A DNA stretch of 64,000 nucleotides from a virus (taxonomy: Duplodnaviria; Caudoviricetes). The position numbers and the translations under genes were made by a program. The stretch lies in the IMG/VR virus record IMGVR_UViG_3300037249_000698, positions 1 to 64,000 of that record; one strand, given 5' to 3'. The notes beneath the pieces are model-generated. The model was not told the origin of the DNA. It did no database searches and worked only from the letters and a program-made list of their open reading frames with translations. This document shows positions 1 through 9,665 of this stretch, piece after piece; positions within the stretch are counted from its first letter, which is position 1; every line of letters begins with the position of its first letter.

Positions 1-85
1 TAGCAACTCCTCTAACTGTATTCTGAAAACGGTTAAACCTAAATGATAACCGTTCTTAAAATCAGGAGATGCAAATCGTAGTGGA

Positions 86-292
86 TTATCCTGCATCTTT
101 TATTACCACCTCAAATGCTTTATAATTATTTACATTTCTTATTTGCTTAAAATCTACCACGCAGTTTCCGTACTTACGCATCATCCAAAAAGCAACAAAT
201 TTAACTGGCATTGAAAAACTATATTGTTTGCTTTCGGTGTAAACCACGATATAACAATCGTAATATTTGTTTATAAATTCCCAAAACGTCAT
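86..292 (-). CDS. hypothetical protein
   Basis: ORF coupled to upstream gene, operon orientation. Confidence 0.6.
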   Translation of the reverse strand: MTFWEFINKYYDCYIVVYTESKQYSFSMPVKFVAFWMMRKYGNCVVDFKQIRNVNNYKAFEVVIKDAG

Positions 293-1197
293 TATGCGTA
301 CCTCGTATCTGCTCGTTGAACTTTACAACTAACCAATTTAAATCCATTACAAGATTTCATTAGCACAGCTTTATCATTATTCCATGTATCTAACTTCTTG
401 TAAAGTCTTTTCCAAGTCTTGTTATCATTATTCCATCTGAAACCGTATTGCTTTACGGTGTCTTTTGAATCAAATGCTACGGCAATCTCAATTTCTAATG
501 TCGCATTATTCGCACTCATATCAAGTTCCTGCAAAGAACGTGTGCGAACTAAAACAGCGAGCAAGGCTAACACATCATTTACTGCTCTGTGTGCATTGTA
601 GAATAAACCGATGTTATACATAAGCATTTCAAGACTGTGTTTTGTAGCACCTTTAGATAACCAATCCACTTCTGTTAGACTGTCTGCCCACGGTTTACCT
701 TTTAATTCAGGAAATGTCTTTTCTACAAACTTTCTATCGAATGATGCGTTGTGAGCGACAATCAGATATTTATCTGTCGGTAGATAATCTTTAAAATCAT
801 CATAGGATAAAGACTTACCTCTAACCATTTCAGCAGTAATGCCTGTAATTTTTGTGATACTGTCACTTATTGCGTTATTTACAGGTTCACGGAATTTATC
901 AAACACCTTGTCGATGCTGACTATACAATTATTTTCAACATTATAAGTAATTGTAACAAAAGCAAGCTCAATAATCTCATCGCTTGTTTTAATGCCTGTT
1001 GTCTCTGTATCAAGTATAACCATGTGTTTGTTCTGCGGATTATTAGCTAAATCCTTTTTAAAAACAATCGGCTCAAATCTGACTTCATCACCTCTAATGT
1101 CGAGATAATGTTCAAGCGGATTTTGCTCGATAACTCTGTATCGTTCAGGGAATTTTCGTATCTTTTCTAACAGTTCTTCTGTAATTTCATTAGCCAT
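292..1197 (-). CDS. DEDDh 3'-5' exonuclease (DnaQ/epsilon-like)
   Basis: LDTETTG, VAHNASFD, HRAVND motifs. Confidence 0.9.
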   Translation of the reverse strand: MANEITEELLEKIRKFPERYRVIEQNPLEHYLDIRGDEVRFEPIVFKKDLANNPQNKHMVILDTETTGIKTSDEIIELAFVTITYNVENNCIVSIDKVFDKFREPVNNAISDSITKITGITAEMVRGKSLSYDDFKDYLPTDKYLIVAHNASFDRKFVEKTFPELKGKPWADSLTEVDWLSKGATKHSLEMLMYNIGLFYNAHRAVNDVLALLAVLVRTRSLQELDMSANNATLEIEIAVAFDSKDTVKQYGFRWNNDNKTWKRLYKKLDTWNNDKAVLMKSCNGFKLVSCKVQRADTRYA

Positions 1198-1702
1198 TAA
1201 ACACCTCTTTCATTTCTTTTAAATCCCATACTTTCTGATTATCAGAGCCACGATACGGCAAAGTATGTGTAGCATCCTTATCATACCGACCGTCAACCAA
1301 ATAGTCAAATGTTCTTTTTAAATCGTCTACAAACCACCTGTCTTGTTCTTCAAGCTCTTTTAACGTGTAACCAGTATAAACCCACAGCTTTATGTGAGGA
1401 TGGCTTTCTTTGAGCATTTTAGCCACTTCTAGCACCCATTCTCTATTGCCGAGAGATAAAGGATCGCCACCACTGAATGTCAGACGCTTAATAAACTTTC
1501 TGTTCAGTAATTGTCTAATATCAAATATCGTATCATGTGTAAACGGTTTGCCCGCATGAAACGACCACGTATCTTTGTTGAAACAGTTTTTGCAGTAGTG
1601 GGTACAGCCTGCAACAAACACAGTCATTCCGAAACCTAATCCGTTATGACATTCGGTATCTTCTATACCCATGTAATTACCGAAATTTATCTTATAAACC
1701 AT
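1190..1702 (-). CDS. nrdG: anaerobic ribonucleotide reductase activating protein
   Basis: GCTHYCKNCFN, FSGGDPL, VYTGY, LVDGRY, YRGSDNQ. Confidence 0.92.
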   Translation of the reverse strand: MVYKINFGNYMGIEDTECHNGLGFGMTVFVAGCTHYCKNCFNKDTWSFHAGKPFTHDTIFDIRQLLNRKFIKRLTFSGGDPLSLGNREWVLEVAKMLKESHPHIKLWVYTGYTLKELEEQDRWFVDDLKRTFDYLVDGRYDKDATHTLPYRGSDNQKVWDLKEMKEVFNG

Positions 1703-1723
1703 AATGTTACCTTAAACCTTTAC

Positions 1724-1749
1724 AAAAAAGGGTATGGCGAACCATACCC
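1724..1749 (-). terminator. intrinsic terminator
   Basis: GGGTATGG-cgaa-CCATACCC with A6 on the left. Confidence 0.85.
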
Positions 1750-1776
1750 AAAGTGAGGACAACAAATGAACGAATT

Positions 1777-2211
1777 TTAATCTAATACACTGGCTTTAAA
1801 CTCTAATTTAGGTGCAGACTCCTTAACCTCTAATGTCTTATCAACAATCTTCTTTTCATCATCGGTAAGCATGTCGTATGCTTTCTTTGATAAAGTGTGA
1901 GAGACTTTAAACAGTTCTCCTACATTTACAAAGTTTTCATCAAGTTCACGAGCGACTTCATCGAATGTGCTTTCTACGACCTTGGTTGTATAAGACTTTG
2001 TGAAAATCAGTTCGCCACCATCCACTTTAGCCTTGTTCTTACCAACGGTGCTTTCAGCAAAGTTCTTTTCTACGAGTTCTTTACGTAAAGCCATTTCCTG
2101 TGCTTTGATGTATTCTAACAGTTCTGCGGTCTGTCTCCACGCTGTTAAAGTATCGCCTGACTTAATCTTTTCTGAAATTTCTTCTTTCGCTAATTCTACT
2201 AAAGTACACAT
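1777..2211 (-). CDS. conserved phage hypothetical protein
   Basis: start reassigned to ATG 2211 behind AAAGGAAG. Confidence 0.75.
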   Translation of the reverse strand: MCTLVELAKEEISEKIKSGDTLTAWRQTAELLEYIKAQEMALRKELVEKNFAESTVGKNKAKVDGGELIFTKSYTTKVVESTFDEVARELDENFVNVGELFKVSHTLSKKAYDMLTDDEKKIVDKTLEVKESAPKLEFKASVLD

Positions 2212-2314
2212 AATTTTACTTCCTTTGTTTGTGTTAAAACCTTTATTTGTGACTGCTCTCACCTCAACATTTACCACCTAACATCAAGGCGAGAGACTTA
2301 TTCTTTAATATCCT

Positions 2315-2692
2315 TTAATATCCTCTAATATCAGGGAATTTATCATCATAGCTATATGGTTCATCATCGCTATAATAATCTTCCAAACGTTCTTTAGCTA
2401 TATCGAACAAACGTAATGACTCTTTATCACTGTTGTATAAAATATGCTCTGCAACATTTTCCATAAGTTCATCGAAATCATCACGATAGATAAACTCTAC
2501 ATCCTGTCTTGGATTGATGCCTGTAACTTCTTCAATAATGTTAGCAAGCATCTGTGCATCCTTATCTTCATTAAAAAGTTCGATAGAATCTTCTGAATCA
2601 TCAGACATAATACCGAGTTCATTTTCAAAGAGGTCTGCAAAATCTTTAATAAAAGCACGATCAAAATCATCGTTTTCATCATAGTAACTCAT
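2315..2692 (-). CDS. acidic hypothetical protein
   Basis: CAGGAG RBS before ATG 2692; D/E rich. Confidence 0.7.
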   Translation of the reverse strand: MSYYDENDDFDRAFIKDFADLFENELGIMSDDSEDSIELFNEDKDAQMLANIIEEVTGINPRQDVEFIYRDDFDELMENVAEHILYNSDKESLRLFDIAKERLEDYYSDDEPYSYDDKFPDIRGY

Positions 2693-2733
2693 AATGTTTT
2701 TCTCCTGTATCAACTGAATATGTGTTCATTATA

Positions 2734-3129
2734 TCAAGTCGCTTTTAGTCTGTCAACTAGCGTTCTCAACTTTTTTATACACAAATTAAATTTTGTGATT
2801 ATACTCAAATGTTTTTGTAAATCAAATCTCTCAACTCGTGCTTTTTTATGAACCTTTATGATACGTGAACATCGTTCTATATCCTCTGAATTTCCTATAT
2901 CTATAAGACCTATTACTTTATGAGGATATACTATCAATCCGTAGAATGTTTTAACATCTCTGTAATGCAGAGCTATGTTTAACGCCTCGGCTTGTGTTTT
3001 TCCAACTTCTAAAAACTTTTGTACGTACTTAGGACTTAGACCATACGCACAGCAGGCGTTTTGAAAGCTGTCAAATTTTTCTAGTCTATATACAACTGGT
3101 ACATTATGATTTACATGGGGCATAATCAT
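2734..3129 (-). CDS. hypothetical protein, possible HTH-like DNA-binding
   Basis: FDSFQNACCAYGL segment resembles repeats in 30440-31168. Confidence 0.55.
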   Translation of the reverse strand: MIMPHVNHNVPVVYRLEKFDSFQNACCAYGLSPKYVQKFLEVGKTQAEALNIALHYRDVKTFYGLIVYPHKVIGLIDIGNSEDIERCSRIIKVHKKARVERFDLQKHLSIITKFNLCIKKLRTLVDRLKAT

Positions 3130-3617
3130 TTACCCTCGTTTGAATAAAATTGTACCGAAATAGGGATATTACTAGAAAACACAAGACGCTGATCAACCAT
3201 AACATCACCGATGCTAGTATCTTTTATAACACTGACTTCTATTCTAGCTATTCTGTTACCTAACAGCCTGATTGCACTTTCAATAAGCATAGCACCACCG
3301 ATTATATAAACGTTCTTATTAGGGTATGTGTCACAATATTTTAATGCAGTCTCTAGCGATGTGCAGAAATATAAATCTGTATTAGTGTTATTCTCTCTTT
3401 GTGTAATGACGTAATCATCGTTCATGCTCACAACAATGTTGATTCTGTTTGGCAATGGTTTTGAGCCGATACTCTCAAAAGTCTTTCTACCCATAATAAC
3501 AATATTATCTGTTGTAGCTTGTTTAAATTCCTGTAAATCATCCTTGCACTTCCACGGTATTATATTGTCTTTGCCAATAAAACCCAATAAATTCTGTGCA
3601 AACTTGATAATAATCAT
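3126..3617 (-). CDS. folA: dihydrofolate reductase
   Basis: IGKDNIIPW, IMGRKTFESIG, PLPNRINIV, IIGGA. Confidence 0.93.
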   Translation of the reverse strand: MIIIKFAQNLLGFIGKDNIIPWKCKDDLQEFKQATTDNIVIMGRKTFESIGSKPLPNRINIVVSMNDDYVITQRENNTNTDLYFCTSLETALKYCDTYPNKNVYIIGGAMLIESAIRLLGNRIARIEVSVIKDTSIGDVMVDQRLVFSSNIPISVQFYSNEGK

Positions 3618-3633
3618 TTTTATCCCCTTTAAG

Positions 3634-4035
3634 TTACAATGGTTTTATATAAATCTCAACTTTACCGTTATTCTTTTCAACACCACGGCTGTTCCATTCC
3701 TCGTGAATAACATGTTTTGTATTATCATCCTCTAATACACCGTATTCAACGAGAGCGTCTAAAAAGAATTTACTTGTAACACTGGCTATATTCATACCAT
3801 CATGCCTGCGGTTGTCACCTAATGTAATCTCATAGTCTATATTGACAACATTCATTTTGGGTAACTGTAAAATTTCATCACGTAACAACCGTTTATATTC
3901 CACTTTTGCCTTGTTCAGCACTTGATAATGTGCATTTCTGTAATCGTTCATGTTGAGCATAAATTTCTTTTTTCCAACATAAACGAATAATGGACTATCA
4001 ATTACAAAACACTGGCTTTCCTCATCGAACCTCAT
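3634..4035 (-). CDS. RusA-like Holliday junction resolvase
   Basis: RRHDGMN...KFFLDALVEYGVLEDDN. Confidence 0.75.
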   Translation of the reverse strand: MRFDEESQCFVIDSPLFVYVGKKKFMLNMNDYRNAHYQVLNKAKVEYKRLLRDEILQLPKMNVVNIDYEITLGDNRRHDGMNIASVTSKFFLDALVEYGVLEDDNTKHVIHEEWNSRGVEKNNGKVEIYIKPL

Positions 4036-7015
4036 CCAAGCCTCGTATATCTAATAACTTGTAACAAACACTTCTAGTCTTGTATGCAGAGTATGACATA
4101 GCTTTAGAAATTGGCTCTAACGCACCCTCTAAAACAAGTTTTTCTAGTGTAGCTAAAATACCTTTAGTATAACCGTATTTATATCGAACAAATATTTTTT
4201 GTGATGATAACACGTAATTTAAATAACTAATCGGAACAACACAATCTCTCCGCATAATCTGAATAGTCTTAGCAGGTATATTGGTTGCGTTACACAACAA
4301 TACAAAATCACTTGAAACCAAAAAGCGTTTCATATAATCAAGGATTGTTGTACTCATGGTATTTTCAGCGTTACCTGTCAAGGCTGTTTCACCGTTGTTA
4401 ATCATATCATATACGTTTGCAATATCTTGAAAAACTATTCTACTTGCCCATGCCATGTGCTGAATATTGATAACAGGATCACTATATCTCTGGCATACAG
4501 CACACAAACCTGCGAGTTTTAATATCTTTAACTGGCATCTATTCCAAGCCTGTCTAAAGTGTTCTCTGTCACCTGATTGGTCTAGCATCTCCATACACCA
4601 GTTTTCTAACATCATATTAAATTCATCTGCACTATCATCTAAGCGTATCTGAATAAAACGTGATGCCGTAATTGCAGTTCCGTGACCTGATAATGAACGT
4701 TCCTGACATAATAATTCGTTCAGCTTGTCTAGCACATAATCAGGGCAAGGAATACCAAAAGTTGTTTTATTCTGCGGAACTGCACCGCCTTTATAGGTAA
4801 TTGTTGTAAAACGGCTTAAAAATCCGTCTGATGCCATATCAGGTGTTATAGCGTCTGCGATACCGCTTATTGTTGTTTCACCAACAATACTAAATGCAGG
4901 AGCGTAAGTTTCAGTAAAATTGTTTTCAGCATTACTGTATGTCATAGCTGACAGCATATCGCTTTCAGCAGAGCCAGTGTATAAACGTAAATACTGTGAC
5001 CGTAAACTTTGTGCTGAAACATTTTTTGAGTTCTCACTCATTTCAGCAAGATTTTTACCAAACTCTTTTTGGAAATTCACAAAACTTGCGTACTGCGGTA
5101 TATCAAGGTTAAAGGCGTTATTTGCTCGACCAGTCTTAGAACCTGCCTCCTGTAAACATCTTTTTACAAGTGCCTGTCCTGACGCAAAATCATCGTCTAC
5201 AACATGTCTACGGAAATCCGTTTCAGCATAACGCTTTTTAAGCTGAACTGATAAATCGTTCTTTGTAGTGTGTAAACCCTCTTTACCTATACCACTTCTA
5301 GCACATAAAATAATATAGTTATTCAATCCTGTTGCGGTAGGTAACTGCCACATCTTTCCTACAATACCGCTAATTATAGCAATCACACTTGTTAGACTTA
5401 CCTCTAAAATAGGCTTGATACGTGATTCATAACTCCACTTGGTAAGTTCGTATAACAATCCGCTTGATGTAGGAGGAATAATCATAGCGTTTAAATTTGT
5501 AATACTAAAACCTTTTGTGCAGACAAAACCCTTATCAATAAGTCTTTTATATGATATATCTTTATCGGAATTAAACAGCATAAACTGACTGCTGATAGCA
5601 ACATTTGCTCGCTTTAACTGCTGTGCGACACCTGTGGCGTATAAGGTATCACAAAACATATTCTCTACGGTGTATGACGGATCAGTCTTTTCGTTCTGCC
5701 ATTTAGAATTGACAAGTACAGTTTCAACATCACGATTTATATAATCTCTGTTGATAAATTCATCAATTAAAGCCTTACGTTCAGCCTCTTTTTCTTTTGC
5801 TTTACGGTCTGTAATACGCTCTACAATTTCTTCAGGACAAATTGTTTTAGGTTGTTCGTTAACAGTATCGGTAACTGTAGGATTATCAACGACTATATCC
5901 TCGTTACGTTCACTTTCTCTGATACGTAAAATCATTCTATCGAGATAGTCTGTTCTCGTTGCTTTTGGTCTGCGAGCCAGTTCAGATAATGAGAAAATAC
6001 CCTTAACAATTAAATCGTTTTTACAATATCTTGCAATCAGCGACATAAGTCTGAAATCAGCCTCGGACTGACTAGGGAATGTTAATGTATTGTTTTCGTT
6101 GTAAACTGTTTTGTTCACATCGTTTTCATAGGTGTAATTGCATCTACCCTCAAACAAATCGTTGATAGTTTCCCAATCCGGACAAGTTATTAGTTCGCAG
6201 AGATAGTAGTTAACCTCGCAACTAAACTCGTCTGAATTATCAAACTTAAATTCAGTGTCAATATCAACATCGGCTTTATGGTCAACAGGTGATTTTAAGA
6301 TTGCACATAACTCGTCAAGTTCAGCCTGACGGTTTTCAATCTTATTTGTCTTGCTAACCATTTCTTCTGTAACAACCACAAATCTATCTTCGGAGTACAT
6401 TTCAAAACCGACAATGCCGAGTTCTTTATGTTTTGTACCGCTACGAATACCACTTGCACCTGTACCTTTTGTATTAGGATATTTTACAGGATCTATCTTG
6501 CCCTCGATAATTACATGATAGCCGTTACCTGATACAGAGCGTTCTGTGTAGGAATTAAACTTCTGAATCCATGAGTCTTGATAAGCAATTTCAGCTTGTG
6601 TAGTATCTGCCTTGCGGTCAAAATCAATGATTGTGCAAGGACAATTCTTTGTAAAAACAAAACCCATGCACAACTGCTTTTCTCTATTAACAGGAAACAG
6701 CATTAAGGCATTACGACAAATCTTATCGACCATTTCATAGGTTAACCAACCATTTCTAAACGCTTCGGTAGACGCCGTATTAACCAAATCACCTGTATAA
6801 CGTTTTGAGTTATCATCGGCAATAGTGTAGCTGTAATAGAGCCACAAATCATCGCTAGGACTTATATAATCTTCGTTATCCTTATCAAAATAATGTGGAT
6901 AAACAGCTAATACTTTATCTATCCACTTCTTTGTGACAATAACAGGTATCTTTTCGCCAACTTTAGCAAAACATAATACCCACTGTTTTAATTCTTTTAA
7001 TTTGTCAAAATTCAT
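4022..7015 (-). CDS. primase-polymerase (NrS-1-like) fused to DUF3987-type helicase
   Basis: IIDFD, SVSGNGYHV, EMYSEDRF, SQSEADF; C-terminal ARSGIGKE P-loop and DGFLSRF. Confidence 0.8.
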   Translation of the reverse strand: MNFDKLKELKQWVLCFAKVGEKIPVIVTKKWIDKVLAVYPHYFDKDNEDYISPSDDLWLYYSYTIADDNSKRYTGDLVNTASTEAFRNGWLTYEMVDKICRNALMLFPVNREKQLCMGFVFTKNCPCTIIDFDRKADTTQAEIAYQDSWIQKFNSYTERSVSGNGYHVIIEGKIDPVKYPNTKGTGASGIRSGTKHKELGIVGFEMYSEDRFVVVTEEMVSKTNKIENRQAELDELCAILKSPVDHKADVDIDTEFKFDNSDEFSCEVNYYLCELITCPDWETINDLFEGRCNYTYENDVNKTVYNENNTLTFPSQSEADFRLMSLIARYCKNDLIVKGIFSLSELARRPKATRTDYLDRMILRIRESERNEDIVVDNPTVTDTVNEQPKTICPEEIVERITDRKAKEKEAERKALIDEFINRDYINRDVETVLVNSKWQNEKTDPSYTVENMFCDTLYATGVAQQLKRANVAISSQFMLFNSDKDISYKRLIDKGFVCTKGFSITNLNAMIIPPTSSGLLYELTKWSYESRIKPILEVSLTSVIAIISGIVGKMWQLPTATGLNNYIILCARSGIGKEGLHTTKNDLSVQLKKRYAETDFRRHVVDDDFASGQALVKRCLQEAGSKTGRANNAFNLDIPQYASFVNFQKEFGKNLAEMSENSKNVSAQSLRSQYLRLYTGSAESDMLSAMTYSNAENNFTETYAPAFSIVGETTISGIADAITPDMASDGFLSRFTTITYKGGAVPQNKTTFGIPCPDYVLDKLNELLCQERSLSGHGTAITASRFIQIRLDDSADEFNMMLENWCMEMLDQSGDREHFRQAWNRCQLKILKLAGLCAVCQRYSDPVINIQHMAWASRIVFQDIANVYDMINNGETALTGNAENTMSTTILDYMKRFLVSSDFVLLCNATNIPAKTIQIMRRDCVVPISYLNYVLSSQKIFVRYKYGYTKGILATLEKLVLEGALEPISKAMSYSAYKTRSVCYKLLDIRGLDEVR

Positions 7016-8652
7016 TATTTATCATCCTGTGTTTGAAATTCGTAACGGACTATCCTATTATATCCTCTCATAGATTTAACTGCAATCCTTTTAGGTTCTT
7101 TCATTTTGCCTTGCAGACACATAACTAATAGTTCTTGGGTATCTTTAGGCTTATAATCAGTCTTGTTACGATAATCTATCCAAACCTGTGCAGATTTAGC
7201 AGAAAAACTTTTTTCACTTTCTAGGTTCACCCAGTCTTTTGCTATTGCCTGAATACCGCTGAAATACGTAGCCAACAACTGTACTCCGTTCTTAGTGTTG
7301 ATTTTAGCGTAACTCACTCTAGTTACATCAAACTCTTTTTCATCTTCCGTCTGTTGTTTTTTCTTAATAATTTCCTTTAAACTTGCATGTGCGGTCAAGT
7401 TTGTTGTCTTAGGAAATTCGTAATCACAACTCGGACAATGTGTAGCACTCGCAGGCACATACGTATGACATTTAGGACACACCTTTACAGGTGCTTGACC
7501 TGCTTCACCGTGTTCACCCTTTTTCTTCTTTTTCATCGGAACAGGATCGTTGATACAACCTAGTCTTGCTACGTTACCTGCAAAATCCAACACCAAACAA
7601 TTTTCTTTATTCGGACTGTAACGTATTCCTCTACCGCAAGCCTGAATGTATAAAGATACGCTCTGTGTTGGTCTTAACATAACTAAGCAATCAATATCAG
7701 GGAAATTAAACCCTGTTGATAGAACGTTAACATTTGCTACTGCTCTATATTTACCGCTTTTAAACCCCTCGATACGTTCTTTTCTTGTTGTCATATCGAG
7801 TTCGCCACTAATAACCGTACTCGGAATATCATGCTCGTTTAAAAAATCGCATACGTGTTCAGCATGTTCAATACCTGTGCAGAATATCAACCAATGCTTT
7901 CGGTCTTTTGCCAATTTAATTGTCTCTGTGAGAGCAAGCCTTGTGACTTCTGCTTTGTCTACGGCGTTCTGCAATTCCTTTTCTATATACTCACCACCTC
8001 TAGTACCAACGTCTGAAACGTCAATCTGAAATTCAGGTCTACGAGGAACAGCATCGCACAAATAATGATTTTCGATTAACCACTGAAAATTATCAACCGT
8101 ACACATATTGTAAACAATATCATCGAATATGCCGTTTTCGGTGATTAAACCACAATCTAGTCTGTACGGTGTGCCTGTAAAGCCAACTACTTTGAGTTTA
8201 GGATTTATTTCTTTTAAACCTTTTATTAAACGTCTGTATGTAGTTTCCTCTCTAACAGGAACTAGGTGACATTCATCAATAACGATACAATTAACCTTAC
8301 CAAATTCTTTATAGTTCTTTGCTATACTCTGTACCCCACAGCAGATAATCTTGTTTTGCGTACATTTGGCTTTAAGACTCGCAGAGTATATGCCTATATT
8401 AGCACCCTGCCACACATCAACAATCGCTTGATAATCCTGTTCTATGAGTTCTTTTACATGTGTTACCACAAGGATTTTTGACATTCTATCGCCGTATCTC
8501 TCGTAACACGTTTTTATGAAAAAACCCATTGTCGGACTTTTGCCTGAACCTACTGGCATCACAACAACAGGATTGCCTTGATTTTGATTGTTCTTCCAAT
8601 AATCGAAAATGCTGTTTACCGCATCTACTTGATATTGTCTAGGTGTTATCAT
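7015..8652 (-). CDS. SF2 DNA helicase (RadD/YejH-like) with Zn ribbon
   Basis: PVGSGKS, IDECH, TGTPYR, QACGRGIR, CPKC..CPSC. Confidence 0.92.
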   Translation of the reverse strand: MITPRQYQVDAVNSIFDYWKNNQNQGNPVVVMPVGSGKSPTMGFFIKTCYERYGDRMSKILVVTHVKELIEQDYQAIVDVWQGANIGIYSASLKAKCTQNKIICCGVQSIAKNYKEFGKVNCIVIDECHLVPVREETTYRRLIKGLKEINPKLKVVGFTGTPYRLDCGLITENGIFDDIVYNMCTVDNFQWLIENHYLCDAVPRRPEFQIDVSDVGTRGGEYIEKELQNAVDKAEVTRLALTETIKLAKDRKHWLIFCTGIEHAEHVCDFLNEHDIPSTVISGELDMTTRKERIEGFKSGKYRAVANVNVLSTGFNFPDIDCLVMLRPTQSVSLYIQACGRGIRYSPNKENCLVLDFAGNVARLGCINDPVPMKKKKKGEHGEAGQAPVKVCPKCHTYVPASATHCPSCDYEFPKTTNLTAHASLKEIIKKKQQTEDEKEFDVTRVSYAKINTKNGVQLLATYFSGIQAIAKDWVNLESEKSFSAKSAQVWIDYRNKTDYKPKDTQELLVMCLQGKMKEPKRIAVKSMRGYNRIVRYEFQTQDDK

Positions 8653-8658
8653 TTGTTG

Positions 8659-9585
8659 TTACTTCTCCTTAATTTCCACAGGGATATAGCAATCCTCATT
8701 AAACTCTAATTCTAACTGACATTTATTTTCTTGTACGTTAAACAACTCACATGTTCTGCAATTATGTGGTAAAGGCTTTTTATCGAAACAATACTTGTTA
8801 AGGCTACACATCTTGCATGTAACAAACTTGATACTATCATGGAGTGTTGATGGAGGTGTCTGTGATAAAGCCTTTTCAATTCTATCGTTTAAATTCCTTA
8901 TAACCCATTCATCATCACGATGTATCAGAGTGGCGTGTATTTCGTCTGTATTCTTATTCACAGCCATGAACAGTGTATTCCATAAGGTAGGCTCAACCGT
9001 TCGATTCTCGCACGATTTAGCAAGGGTATTTAACGTGTCTTGTGAATACTTACACATGCAATACATATTAACCTTGCACTGATTTTCGTACCCTTTAAAG
9101 TTCAGCATATCTGTGCTAACAAACTGCTTAAATCTGCTGTCATTCATTGTCTTAAATTCGAGCATAACTAATTCATCAGGACAATCAGGGGTGCCGACCG
9201 CTAATCCGTCAATACTGCCTGCAAACACACCGTCTTTATATCCGAACTGTTTGCCGTTATCATCAAACCATGTGATACATCCGATTGCTCTTAGCATCGC
9301 ATGAAAACGTGCCTCCTCTAAGTGACCTCGATTAAATAATCTAATCATTCTAGCGTCTATTGTATTCTGATTGCACCCACGATAATTTAGCCATATCTTT
9401 CTAAGGCATGTTTCACCGATAACACTTGCACCTAAATGGTCACGTAAACCGTCTTTTTTGTCTGCTTTATAAGCATCGTGCATCTGCGGTAGGATTATCT
9501 GTTCCTGTCTTTTAAATTCAGCACCGTTGTCTGATTCTATTTGTTCTTTTATAGCATTTAATGTTTTTTCTGCTGTTACATTCAT
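8659..9585 (-). CDS. Cas4-like PD-(D/E)XK exonuclease
   Basis: HLGASVIGETC, GSIDG, LEFKT, CxxCxxxxxC C-terminus. Confidence 0.8.
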   Translation of the reverse strand: MNVTAEKTLNAIKEQIESDNGAEFKRQEQIILPQMHDAYKADKKDGLRDHLGASVIGETCLRKIWLNYRGCNQNTIDARMIRLFNRGHLEEARFHAMLRAIGCITWFDDNGKQFGYKDGVFAGSIDGLAVGTPDCPDELVMLEFKTMNDSRFKQFVSTDMLNFKGYENQCKVNMYCMCKYSQDTLNTLAKSCENRTVEPTLWNTLFMAVNKNTDEIHATLIHRDDEWVIRNLNDRIEKALSQTPPSTLHDSIKFVTCKMCSLNKYCFDKKPLPHNCRTCELFNVQENKCQLELEFNEDCYIPVEIKEK

Positions 9586-9611
9586 GTGTTTATCCTGTAT
9601 TCTGCACCTAT

Positions 9612-9638
9612 AAAAAAGGGCATTATTACATGCCCTTT
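9612..9638 (-). terminator. intrinsic terminator
   Basis: AAAGGGCAT-tattac-ATGCCCTTT. Confidence 0.75.
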
Positions 9639-9665
9639 AACGACCAAGTTAACGACTAAGTTAAG

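Noticed and set aside
8659-9585. Cas4-like nuclease as sign of a CRISPR system
   Set aside because: No repeat-spacer array or other cas genes; it sits in a normal recombination module.
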